A stretch of 63,341 nt of DNA, taken from assembly GCA_027592135.1 (NCBI GenBank), contig JAQCIJ010000003.1, forward strand, positions 1 to 63,341. Reading direction: 5' to 3'. The stretch comes from a bacterium. Lineage in GTDB: Bacteria > Patescibacteriota > Gracilibacteria > Peribacterales > Peribacteraceae. Of the stretch, positions 20,927 to 29,722 are shown piece by piece. Numbering within the stretch: position 1 is the first letter of the stretch; every line of letters begins with the position of its first letter. Under the pieces are notes generated by a model. That model was not told where the DNA came from, did not search any database, and saw only the letters and a list, made by a program, of their open reading frames with translations. Position numbers and translations under genes: made by a program.

Positions 20927-22258
20927 TTAATCATGGGTTTTTCTCTGTAATACATAAATAATGAATCCGTAATAGGGGATAAGCGTCCATGTCGGTATAT
21001 CTATTTGTATAGAAGCAAAAGGAATAGCATTGCAAATATACGCAACGATTATTATCCATTCGAGACAACTCCATCCAAGATAGGAAACAAGTTGCCCTAA
21101 TGGGAATAGTCCAAAGCTCAGTAGGGTTCCGACTGCACCAAAAAGCATAGCGAGGGGAATCGCAGGTGCAATGAGGAGGTTTGCTATTGGTGCTATAAGT
21201 GAAAACCGCTTAAAGAGAATGATTATCAGTGGTACTGCTGCAATCTGTGCTGCCACTGTCATCTGTAATGACTCTCGTATGGCGAGTGTTTTGGGTACGC
21301 GCTGGAATACTTTTTCTAGCAATGTTCCAAGTTCAGTAAGCCCGATAACAGCCAGAAATGACAGTTGAAACCCCGCGTCGTACCACAGAACTTTGGGGTT
21401 CCAAGCGATCATGAAAAACGCTGTCCACAATATCGAAAGCCTTACAGTAGTAGTCCGTCCGTTTTGTAGTGCTAGAAGCCCCAGTATTCCCATGATGGCA
21501 GCACGAACAACCGCTGCACTTGCACCGACAAATATTGTAAAGCAGACAATGGCTATAGTTGCTGGAAAGAATCGTACTTTCAGTGGTAGCCAAAAGAGAA
21601 GACTCGAGATAATCGCTATAACAATAGTAATGTTATATCCAGATATTGCGATAATATGCGTGAGTCCTGTCGCAGCAAACGCTTCGAGGAGATCTTCTGG
21701 TATCCCTCTGCGAGACCCTGTAAGTAAGCCTGCCATAAATGATGCATGTGGCTCTGGATAGAGACGGTTTATTTGGGATTCGAAGGATTTTTTAAGGCTA
21801 TAGAGAGTCCTTCGTAATTCTGTAGAAGTTGTTGGTTGTCGGTTGTTGGTTTTTATTTGGAATGATCCTCGGTACATGACGCTGTAAATATCGTATCTGG
21901 AGAGATAGTGCTCATAGTGAAATTCTTCAATTTGTTCGGGTTTTTCTAGTACGCCAAATACTGCAACGCGATCTCCGAATTGATATTCTGGCCACTGCCT
22001 TCGGTCTGTTGCGAGCACATTCCCTTGTAACCCTTTGATGAGCGTTCCAGATCCATCAATGAATTGATCTACTGCAATCGTGTAGAGCGTCTTCATCGGG
22101 CGCTTGTCCGGCTCTGTAGATACTACTCCTTCCACAGAGACACTCTGTGTTGTTGTATACCAATCAACGGTGTTTGGTGTACGTGTATGTGTTGTACGTA
22201 TGACACACACAAGCGCAGTTAGTACACCCAGAAGCAGTGCTACTAATTTCCCCACCAT
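20927..22258 (-). CDS. comEC: ComEC/Rec2 competence channel (OB + competence domain, no MBL domain); 5' end frameshifted
   Basis: GLLTG, G..HIIAISGYNI, SAAVVRAAIMG, DAGFQLSFLA, PIANL. An upstream out-of-frame segment lies at 22243-22317. Confidence 0.9.
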   Translation of the reverse strand: MVGKLVALLLGVLTALVCVIRTTHTRTPNTVDWYTTTQSVSVEGVVSTEPDKRPMKTLYTIAVDQFIDGSGTLIKGLQGNVLATDRRQWPEYQFGDRVAVFGVLEKPEQIEEFHYEHYLSRYDIYSVMYRGSFQIKTNNRQPTTSTELRRTLYSLKKSFESQINRLYPEPHASFMAGLLTGSRRGIPEDLLEAFAATGLTHIIAISGYNITIVIAIISSLLFWLPLKVRFFPATIAIVCFTIFVGASAAVVRAAIMGILGLLALQNGRTTTVRLSILWTAFFMIAWNPKVLWYDAGFQLSFLAVIGLTELGTLLEKVFQRVPKTLAIRESLQMTVAAQIAAVPLIIILFKRFSLIAPIANLLIAPAIPLAMLFGAVGTLLSFGLFPLGQLVSYLGWSCLEWIIIVAYICNAIPFASIQIDIPTWTLIPYYGFIIYVLQRKTHD

Positions 22259-22322
22259 TGCAGGAGAAATGTTGTTGTCAAAAAAGAGCCTAAGAACCAG
22301 TAGGCGTAGATATGCATAGCGA

Positions 22323-23150
22323 CTAATTCTGCCCTGCCATCTTTGCCACTGCTATCCACTCATCAACAGAAAGTGTTTGTGGGCGGCGTGTTTCGTCTAT
22401 ACCTGCAGCAGAAAGGAGTTCCAAACCCTCGGGGAACGTCCCGAAACTATTGCGCAGCATCTTCCTCTTTTGGGAGAATCCAATCTTCGTCAGCTTAAGC
22501 ACCTTTTCTATGGTTGCTGCATCCGCAAGAGGCGAATCGTAGCAATCTATATGGATAACAGCAGAGTCGACTTTTGGTGGGGGAAGAAAAGCTTTGGGTG
22601 GTACGTTAATCACTTTAGTCGCTTTACCAAAGAGGGCTACAATTACGGTCAGCATGCTGGCATTTTTGGTATCACAGATTCTGTCTGCTACTTCTTTCTG
22701 AATCAGCAGCGTCATCGAAGTCGGGTAGGTTGCAGACTCCAAAAATACATGCTGTAAAAGAGGCGAAGTAATGTGATAGGGGATATTTGCTACGATTTTG
22801 TAGGGAGTTGTTGGCATTGGTGTTTTTAGTGCGTTGTCTTGGATTAACGTTAATTCGTTAACTCGTTGGTTCGTTGGTTCGTTGGTTCGCATGTATTCTC
22901 TTATTAGCGGGATCATACGATCATCGAGCTCTATAGCTGTAACGTGTCCTGCCCTCTTTAGTAGTTCTTTAGTAAGTACGCCGATACCTGGGCCTATTTC
23001 TACAATATGATCTGTCGATTCTATCTTCGCTGCATTGACGATCTCATCGAGAATCGGTTGATCGACCAAGAAATGTTGCCCCAAGTCGGTATTTAGGCGT
23101 AAAAGATAGGTAGAGCAGAACTGCCGAATTTGGGTTTTAAGGTCAGACAT
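22323..23150 (-). CDS. rsmA: 16S rRNA m6,2A1518/1519 dimethyltransferase
   Basis: LGQHFL, VEIGPG.G.LT, IELD, VANIPYHITSP, QKEVA.R, F.PPPKVDSA, FSQKRKML.N. Confidence 0.96.
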   Translation of the reverse strand: MSDLKTQIRQFCSTYLLRLNTDLGQHFLVDQPILDEIVNAAKIESTDHIVEIGPGIGVLTKELLKRAGHVTAIELDDRMIPLIREYMRTNEPTNQRVNELTLIQDNALKTPMPTTPYKIVANIPYHITSPLLQHVFLESATYPTSMTLLIQKEVADRICDTKNASMLTVIVALFGKATKVINVPPKAFLPPPKVDSAVIHIDCYDSPLADAATIEKVLKLTKIGFSQKRKMLRNSFGTFPEGLELLSAAGIDETRRPQTLSVDEWIAVAKMAGQN

Positions 23151-23158
23151 ATATTTAG

Positions 23159-23186
23159 TTGACATTACACAGTATAGCAGTAGAAT
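23159..23186 (+). promoter_or_regulatory. sigma70 promoter of the aro leader
   Basis: TTGACA-N16-TAGAAT. Confidence 0.65.
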
Positions 23187-23197
23187 CGTGAAGTCTT

Positions 23198-23263
23198 ATG
23201 ACTTCTAATATGTTTTTTAACGGCTATTGGAGCTTCGCATTCTGTGCGAGGACTGTGCTGTAA
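23198..23263 (+). CDS. aromatic amino acid leader peptide MTSNMFFNGYWSFAFCARTVL
   Basis: Six aromatic codons (F,F,Y,W,F,F) within ten codons; lies between the promoter and a terminator ahead of DAHP synthase. Confidence 0.8.
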   Translation: MTSNMFFNGYWSFAFCARTVL

Positions 23264-23293
23264 ACGTATCTGAAGTTAACCAATCGTTTAAGC

Positions 23294-23324
23294 TCTCTCC
23301 TCAAGCAGACGGAGAGATTTTTTT
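23294..23324 (+). terminator. attenuator terminator of the DAHP synthase leader
   Basis: TCTCTCC-TCAAGCAGAC-GGAGAGA-TTTTTTT. Confidence 0.8.
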
Positions 23325-23340
23325 CTATTTATTTCTATTT

Positions 23341-24357
23341 ATGATCATGAATGCAGATATTATCGGCTTATTACCTACTCCAGAGGGGTTGCAAGAGCTT
23401 TATCCAGTTACAAAAGAGCATAAGATAGACGAGCATCGTAGAGAAATCGAACGTGTGCTTTCTAGACAAGATTCTAGACGTCTTATTATTGCTGGCCCTT
23501 GCTCAGCGTACCCTTTTTCAACAGTTGATGAATATGCGGATCGCTTCGCTAGGCTGCGTGAAGAACTTTCTGAAAAGCTTCTTCTTGTTCAGCGGGTATA
23601 CATACAGAAGCCTCGTACCATATCAGGATGGACTGGCCCTTCTATATTTCCAGATCCTAAAAAATCTGCTGATATTGCTCAGGGTATTTTTTCTTGCAGA
23701 GAGATGATGTGTAGAGTTGCTCTTAGGAATCCTATTTACGATGAAATGCTTCATATAGAGAATCACGATAGTATCTCTCCTGTTTTAAGTGGTGCCGCAA
23801 TTGGTGCTCGTAGTACAGAGAATGCAGATCATCGTAGCGTAGCCTCTGGTATGGATATGCCCATTGGCATAAAAAATCCTACCAGTGGAGATATAACGAT
23901 TGGAGTCAATGGTGTTCGTGCAGCGCAGATGCCTAGAGACTTTCCGTACAAAGGTAAACATCTTCGCACGCATGGAAATCCGTACGCTCATCTTATTCTA
24001 CGTGGAGGTATAGATGGCCCTAACTACTCACCTTACCATATTGCTCAGGCAGATATGCAGCTAAGAGAACATGTGCAAAATCCTGCTATTATTGTTGATG
24101 CTAGTCATGACAATTCATTGAATGGACATGGAAAGGATCCTACATTGCAAGAGCATGTTCTTTTAGATGTGACAAATGGTATACAGCTTCAAAGAGAGGA
24201 ATATGAATTAGTTGCAGGGTTCATGCTGGAATCTAATATCAAAGGAGGAAAACAGGGTGTGTCTGATAATATGGACCCTCATGTCTCTATAACAGATGCC
24301 TGCTTATCCTTTGAAGATACAGAGCGAGTACTTCGTGAATTAGCTAATAAACTGTAA
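23341..24357 (+). CDS. aroF: 3-deoxy-7-phosphoheptulonate (DAHP) synthase, class I-alpha (AroF/G/H family)
   Basis: AGPCS, RVY..KPRT..GW.G, AIGARSTE, KNPT.G, H.ILRGG, VDASH.NS, G.MLES, SITDAC. True start is ATG 23341 or 23347, not 23227; the isozyme label is uncertain. Confidence 0.9.
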   Translation: MIMNADIIGLLPTPEGLQELYPVTKEHKIDEHRREIERVLSRQDSRRLIIAGPCSAYPFSTVDEYADRFARLREELSEKLLLVQRVYIQKPRTISGWTGPSIFPDPKKSADIAQGIFSCREMMCRVALRNPIYDEMLHIENHDSISPVLSGAAIGARSTENADHRSVASGMDMPIGIKNPTSGDITIGVNGVRAAQMPRDFPYKGKHLRTHGNPYAHLILRGGIDGPNYSPYHIAQADMQLREHVQNPAIIVDASHDNSLNGHGKDPTLQEHVLLDVTNGIQLQREEYELVAGFMLESNIKGGKQGVSDNMDPHVSITDACLSFEDTERVLRELANKL

Positions 24358-24363
24358 GAATTT

Positions 24364-24390
24364 CGTCGCTCGCGAAAGCGAGCGGCGTTT
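24364..24390 (+). terminator. terminator after DAHP synthase
   Basis: CGTCGCTCGC-GAAA-GCGAGCGGCG-TTT. Confidence 0.7.
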
Positions 24391-24423
24391 GACATTCCTA
24401 ATTTTTAAAGTATATTTTGGTTA

Positions 24424-24492
24424 ATGTTTACCCAGAACCTCCCACTGGCTCCAAGCCTTAGGCCGCCTATGGTGGGGGAGATTTCTGTGTGA
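24424..24492 (+). CDS. putative Pro-rich leader peptide MFTQNLPLAPSLRPPMVGEISV
   Basis: TTGACA-N16-TATATT-N7-ATG; followed by alternative antiterminator and terminator hairpins. Confidence 0.6.
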   Translation: MFTQNLPLAPSLRPPMVGEISV

Positions 24493-24514
24493 TCCTATAA
24501 ATAGATCAACAATT

Positions 24515-24544
24515 TCCCCCAAGCAAACGTACGGGGGATTTTTT
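24515..24544 (+). terminator. attenuator-type terminator
   Basis: TCCCCC-AAGCAAACGTAC-GGGGGA-TTTTTT; its 5' arm can instead pair with GGGGGAGATT (24474-24483). Confidence 0.7.
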
Positions 24545-24565
24545 GTATCTATTCATTTTTCTATC

Positions 24566-24829
24566 ATGGAACAGACTCAATCAGCATTAAATATCGATCA
24601 GCGTCCTTCAGTAGATCGTAGTGACCTAGAAACGCAAACAATTCTTTTTCGACAGCACGTTGAGGGGTTACTGAAGCAGAATTCAGATCGTCTACGGCAA
24701 ATATGTTCAGACAAAGGAGTCATCGGAGACTCTGCTACAGAACTTGTGGATGGCTTAGTGCAATTATTTGCTAATGAACCACATTATAAGCGTAGAAATA
24801 AGTTAACAAACCTGGTTTCTCAGCGGTAA
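24566..24829 (+). CDS. hypothetical protein
   Basis: 87-aa ORF directly after the attenuator. Confidence 0.6.
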   Translation: MEQTQSALNIDQRPSVDRSDLETQTILFRQHVEGLLKQNSDRLRQICSDKGVIGDSATELVDGLVQLFANEPHYKRRNKLTNLVSQR

Positions 24830-24853
24830 CTATGCTTGTAAAATGGCTTCCTT

Positions 24854-25771
24854 ATGCGCATTTTCCTTATCTTCTGCCTTCTCTGGAGTTCTGTGCCTCA
24901 GGCTCAGGCATATCCCGAGTATCCAGCGTTTGAGCAGACTCAGTTTGCAGAGGATTTTGGCATGTTCCGCTGGTGGGAGAGTTGCTGGTGGAGGGTATTT
25001 GATCCATACGTCTATGTCCTCTGTCAGCCCGATGGTGATATTTTGTTAGTCTATCCAGATGGATCGACACTCCCTGCATCGCAGGAGGATCTTGCAAGAC
25101 TGTTCTCTCTTGATGGAAGAAGAGGAGTTGGGGGTATAGGAGGAGTAGGAGTAGGAGCAGGAGGACTACGAGGGAGATCTGGAGCCAATAGACTAGGGCT
25201 TTTCCGCCCACCTACAGGACCACGAACTACCTCTCGTCCAACAGCAAGACGTCTTAGTCCTGCACCTGGTGATGGATTTCGTTTGAGTGATGTGTATGGT
25301 GGGAAGTTTACGCGGTTTGATGGATCTGGTTTTCCAGAGTTTCGTGTACCATCTGGTACTGGAATATTTAGCTTTGATGGATCAGGAAATCCTCTTGATA
25401 TTGATTTTGGTTCTCTGAATCAAGGAAACAGAAATACTGATTCTGGTAATAGAGGAAGTGGAAGTAGTAGCAGTACCGGTAATGGTTCTCGCTTTCGATT
25501 CGGGCAGGGGAGCAGTAGCTCTAGGGGGTTTTCTATAGGTGACCGTGATGCAGAAGGTCGTTCCAATATCGGATTGATAGAGTATTTACGGCAGAACGGT
25601 TCTGGTAATGCATTTGCAGACCCTAATGGCGGAACACGTATGCATGATATTTTCTATAAGCCCATTATAGGTAGATGTAGAAGTATCTACGATTTTATAG
25701 ATGGCGGCATATTTGGGCCCATTCCTTGCACGTCACATCCATGGGGAAATCACCAAAGCTTTGCACAATGA
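24854..25771 (+). CDS. secreted Gly/Ser/Arg-rich low-complexity protein
   Basis: Signal peptide ...PQAQA; G/S-rich middle; Cys pairs near both ends. Confidence 0.65.
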   Translation: MRIFLIFCLLWSSVPQAQAYPEYPAFEQTQFAEDFGMFRWWESCWWRVFDPYVYVLCQPDGDILLVYPDGSTLPASQEDLARLFSLDGRRGVGGIGGVGVGAGGLRGRSGANRLGLFRPPTGPRTTSRPTARRLSPAPGDGFRLSDVYGGKFTRFDGSGFPEFRVPSGTGIFSFDGSGNPLDIDFGSLNQGNRNTDSGNRGSGSSSSTGNGSRFRFGQGSSSSRGFSIGDRDAEGRSNIGLIEYLRQNGSGNAFADPNGGTRMHDIFYKPIIGRCRSIYDFIDGGIFGPIPCTSHPWGNHQSFAQ

Positions 25772-25785
25772 TGTATAATACTGAC

Positions 25786-27438
25786 ATGAAATATTCATGG
25801 ATTCTTACAGGCCTTTTTCTCCCGGTTTCTGTATTTGCTCTCACATTTGAGGCAAACACATTGCCGTACTCCGATTCTCCTTCCGATCTTCCAACACAGA
25901 TTGCCATTAGTACTTTAACAGAACTGGAGATAGTGACAGGAAATCCTGATGGTACATTTAGGCCAGGTGTTTCTATCAATAGAGCAGAGTTTATAAAGAT
26001 TGCGATGGGGTTACTTCCTCCAGAGACTGTGCGAGTGGCTACACGCTGTTTTCCAGATATCGATGAAAACATCTGGTTTGCGGCTCCTGTCTGCCGCGCA
26101 AAAGCATTGGGAATTGTCAGTGGTAATTCTGTAGCGGAAGTACCTGCAGAGCAATGGAAATTTGAACCAACACGATCGGTAAAATACGAAGAAGCTCTTA
26201 AAATTCTCTCACAGATTTATGGAACTCCACTACTGACAGTTAAAGGAGAATGGTACGAAAAGTACGTTCGTAGTGCAGAGAACCTTGGAATAGATCTTAA
26301 AGACTCAGCCCCTGGATCTGGTCTTACACGCGGACAAATGGCACGGCTTGTTGTAGGCTTCTTGGCGTATTCTCAAGGAGAACTTGATGATTTACGTTAT
26401 GCAGAAACACATCCGTTTATTCCTGTTCGCACAGTATTCGAACCAAAATCGTCTTCTTCTATATCCTCTGTATCCTCCATTTCTTCTGAGTCATCTGACA
26501 TATACGATGCATTGATTCATGATACTACAACAGATGATGCTGTCTTAGTTCTTGGAAAGACAACACACATTTTAGGGTCTGCAGAACTATTTGCTGATGC
26601 AGAGCCTATACAGGTGCAGTATTTCCTGATAGATCTCGTTGCTGCAAACAATTCTTTAGATGCCATGAATGTCTATGACGATCGCGGTAAACTTATTGGT
26701 CGTGCCACAGTTGATTCTTCTGTTGTAGGAAAGACTCGCTACAAATTGGGTGTAAAAAATAAGAATATCGTATTACCTCGAAGAGATGAGTACAGTTTTT
26801 ATGTTCGAGGCCTACTGCGTTCACAAGATAGTGGAGGTGTTAGCGGCGGTAGCATTCAGGTTTCGGAAATGGGCATAGACGGTATAGGAGTATGGAGTAA
26901 TAGAAATTACAGCGTAATGACAAGTGGTGAGACATTTGCAAAAACTTCAGTTGCACGCAGTGCTATTACTTCTATTGCCAATGCAGGAGATGACAGGTCT
27001 ATTCTTCTACAGGGGGAAGAGATTGAAATTGGCGCATTTCGGTTCGAAGGTGTTACAGGACACAGTGCAGCACGCTTACAGATTACTGCACTAGATTTTC
27101 AGATAGGTGCGGTGGGAGGTGTCACCATTAGTAATGCACTTATCCGTGTAGATGGAAGTTCTGAGAGGCACAACTGTAGCATTGCTAGTACGACACTGAC
27201 CTGTAGTAGCTTGCCAGATACCTATGGACGCCTTGATGATGGACCTCGCGTCTTAAGAGTGTATGCAGATGTTAGTGTTCCAAGTGAATCAGTGCATGCA
27301 GGTATGCAAATTTCAATAAATGACCCAGGATCTATAGGATCTGCAGGTTCCATAACATGGACAGACGGCGTTACCGTCTTTACATGGGTAGATTCCCTCA
27401 ATACGCCTGTGGCTCGTGGAACATACTATTCCTACTAA
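25786..27438 (+). CDS. S-layer homology (SLH) domain protein
   Basis: Signal peptide; G.PDGTFRPG.SINRAEF.KI, FPDI....WFA, P...V.YEEALK, LTRGQMA. Confidence 0.88.
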   Translation: MKYSWILTGLFLPVSVFALTFEANTLPYSDSPSDLPTQIAISTLTELEIVTGNPDGTFRPGVSINRAEFIKIAMGLLPPETVRVATRCFPDIDENIWFAAPVCRAKALGIVSGNSVAEVPAEQWKFEPTRSVKYEEALKILSQIYGTPLLTVKGEWYEKYVRSAENLGIDLKDSAPGSGLTRGQMARLVVGFLAYSQGELDDLRYAETHPFIPVRTVFEPKSSSSISSVSSISSESSDIYDALIHDTTTDDAVLVLGKTTHILGSAELFADAEPIQVQYFLIDLVAANNSLDAMNVYDDRGKLIGRATVDSSVVGKTRYKLGVKNKNIVLPRRDEYSFYVRGLLRSQDSGGVSGGSIQVSEMGIDGIGVWSNRNYSVMTSGETFAKTSVARSAITSIANAGDDRSILLQGEEIEIGAFRFEGVTGHSAARLQITALDFQIGAVGGVTISNALIRVDGSSERHNCSIASTTLTCSSLPDTYGRLDDGPRVLRVYADVSVPSESVHAGMQISINDPGSIGSAGSITWTDGVTVFTWVDSLNTPVARGTYYSY

Positions 27439-29705
27439 AGAAGCTTCAAAGGCGCAATACTCATTACCAGAGTCTTCTTCTGCCCAATATCGAAGTTAAT
27501 TTCGACTATGTCTCCACGAAGTGTCATAACCGTTCCTTTTCCAAATGTCGGATGTTCGACCCGGCTTCCTTCTGCGAGTTCATTGTCTTGATTAAAATTA
27601 CCGGAAGAAAAGTCTGTATCTTGATCAAATTCGATCGTGATATCATCACTCTTTTGTTTATATGGCTGCACTCCACTACCAGATCGCTGTTCTCCTTTTT
27701 GGCTTGCCCAAGAGAATGCAGAGAGCAGTTCATCACTCCGTCGTTCGGTTACTGCATCTGGTATGTCATCCAAGAACCTACTAGGAGCATTAGATTGTGT
27801 TTGCCCCCATAACATGCGCGTTCTTGCATATGTCATACGCAGATGTTTTTTTGCTCTTGTCATGCCGACGTACATAATGCGACGCTCCTCTTCGAGTTGG
27901 TCTTTATCAAATAAACTATTGGCGTGTGGAAAAATACCCTCTTCACATCCCGCCATTATCACGTGTTCAAATTCTAATCCTTTACACAGATGCAGGGTCA
28001 TCAATGTCAGTGCATCGGAAGCTTGGTCTTGGAGTTTATCCACCTCAGATACCAATGCTACTTCTTCAAGAAAGCTCATCAAACTAGACTGGGCCTCTAG
28101 TGCATCGTACTTGTGCATAACGCTTAAGAGTTCCTGTACGTTTCCCCAGCGGTTCTCACCTTCTTCGGTGTCGTCTTTTAGCCAGTGCTCGATATCAATA
28201 GCGTGAATCAGATGGCCACTAAGCTCAGCGACTACTTCGGTTTTTGACTTCTCTTGATATTGCAGGATCAACTCTACAAATTTTTGGAGGTGTTCTTTTG
28301 TTGGCTCATTAATCTCCTGTATTTGATGCACAATGTTTAAGGTATCCCACAAAGTCATATCGTTGCTCGAAGCAAAGACCTGTAGTTTTGCAATTGTTGT
28401 TAGTCCGATCTTTCGTGATGGGATATTGATGATCCTCAGAAGGGAAATTGTGTCATAGGGATTTAAAATCACATGGAGATACGACAAAATATCTTTTACT
28501 TCTTTACGAGCGTAGAATTTTACACCGCCAAGAATACGGTAGGGGATGCCGTTTTTAAGACAGGCTTCTTCAAACAGGCGAGACTGTGCGTTTGTCCGAT
28601 ATACAATAACTTGATCACTAAGGTTAATACCTTTTTTACGATGCATTTCATCTGCGGCTTTTACAGCTTCCAGCGCTTCTTTCTTTTCGTCACTCAGTTC
28701 TTGGATTATGACATTCGAACCCTCTGTGTTTTCTGTCCACATTTTCTTTTCTGGCCTGTTTGGGTTCGCATCAATAACTCCGTCGGCAGCATCCAGAATT
28801 GGTTGAGTGGATCTGTAGTTTTGTTCGAGCTTAATACGCTTTGCGTTTGGGTATTCTTTTTCGAACTCCATAATATTGCGAATGTCTGCTCCACGGAATG
28901 CATAAATCGATTGATCTGGGTCTCCAATGACACAAAGGTTTTGGTGCTTCTTTGCAAGCAATGTAATGAGAAGATACTGCACGTGGTTTGTATCTTGATA
29001 CTCATCTACATGGATATACTTCCAAGTATTTTGGTAGCGTTCTAAGACTTCTGGTACTTCGGTAAAGATCCGAACGGTCTCGAGGAGTATATCGTCAAAG
29101 TCGAGTGCATTAGCATCAGAAAGCGCTTTCTGGTACTTCTTGTATGCCGTTACCACATGTTGCATACGCGGAGTTGAGGCTTGCGCTTCTGCTTGCTTTG
29201 GGCTGAGTGCTTCGCTCTTAAATCGGCTGATGTATCCGAGAGCAGCTTTTGGTTTTAGTTCTTGTTCATCGACATTCATTTCTCTAAGCACCTCTTTCAT
29301 CAATCGTTTCTGGTCATCAGTATCGTAAATTACAAATGTTCTATCACGACCAATTTTATCGATATCACGCCGCAATATTCTTGCACACACAGAGTGGAAG
29401 GTTCCCATAACGGGCATTTTTCCTGCGTTCATATGCCACTGAGAAAGCTCTGTGCCTTCTGTAATGTGCAGAAGGTTTTCTATGCGCTCTTTCATTTCGG
29501 TTGCTGCTTTATTCGTAAATGTTACCGCAAGAATCTGCCACGGTGGAACGCCATCATCAATGAGTTTTGCAATACGATGTGTGAGCGCACGGGTTTTTCC
29601 ACTACCAGCTCCCGCTAAAATAAGTACAGGACCCTCTGTTTGCATTACCGCTTGACATTGCGGTTTATTAAGGTTTGCGGTGATGAGTTCTTTTGCAGTT
29701 GGCAC
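27435..29705 (-). CDS. pcrA: ATP-dependent DNA helicase PcrA/UvrD
   Basis: LAGAGSGKT, TFTNKAA, GTFHS, VDEYQDTN, GDPDQSIY.FRGA, LEQNYRS, EEERR..YVG.TRA, C-terminal Tudor-like domain. Confidence 0.96.
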   Translation of the reverse strand: MPTAKELITANLNKPQCQAVMQTEGPVLILAGAGSGKTRALTHRIAKLIDDGVPPWQILAVTFTNKAATEMKERIENLLHITEGTELSQWHMNAGKMPVMGTFHSVCARILRRDIDKIGRDRTFVIYDTDDQKRLMKEVLREMNVDEQELKPKAALGYISRFKSEALSPKQAEAQASTPRMQHVVTAYKKYQKALSDANALDFDDILLETVRIFTEVPEVLERYQNTWKYIHVDEYQDTNHVQYLLITLLAKKHQNLCVIGDPDQSIYAFRGADIRNIMEFEKEYPNAKRIKLEQNYRSTQPILDAADGVIDANPNRPEKKMWTENTEGSNVIIQELSDEKKEALEAVKAADEMHRKKGINLSDQVIVYRTNAQSRLFEEACLKNGIPYRILGGVKFYARKEVKDILSYLHVILNPYDTISLLRIINIPSRKIGLTTIAKLQVFASSNDMTLWDTLNIVHQIQEINEPTKEHLQKFVELILQYQEKSKTEVVAELSGHLIHAIDIEHWLKDDTEEGENRWGNVQELLSVMHKYDALEAQSSLMSFLEEVALVSEVDKLQDQASDALTLMTLHLCKGLEFEHVIMAGCEEGIFPHANSLFDKDQLEEERRIMYVGMTRAKKHLRMTYARTRMLWGQTQSNAPSRFLDDIPDAVTERRSDELLSAFSWASQKGEQRSGSGVQPYKQKSDDITIEFDQDTDFSSGNFNQDNELAEGSRVEHPTFGKGTVMTLRGDIVEINFDIGQKKTLVMSIAPLKLL

Positions 29706-29722
29706 GTAGGAATTGTACCGTG

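Noticed and set aside
23227-23340. N-terminal extension of DAHP synthase in the ORF track
   Set aside because: It runs through the leader peptide and terminator; family similarity starts after ATG 23341.
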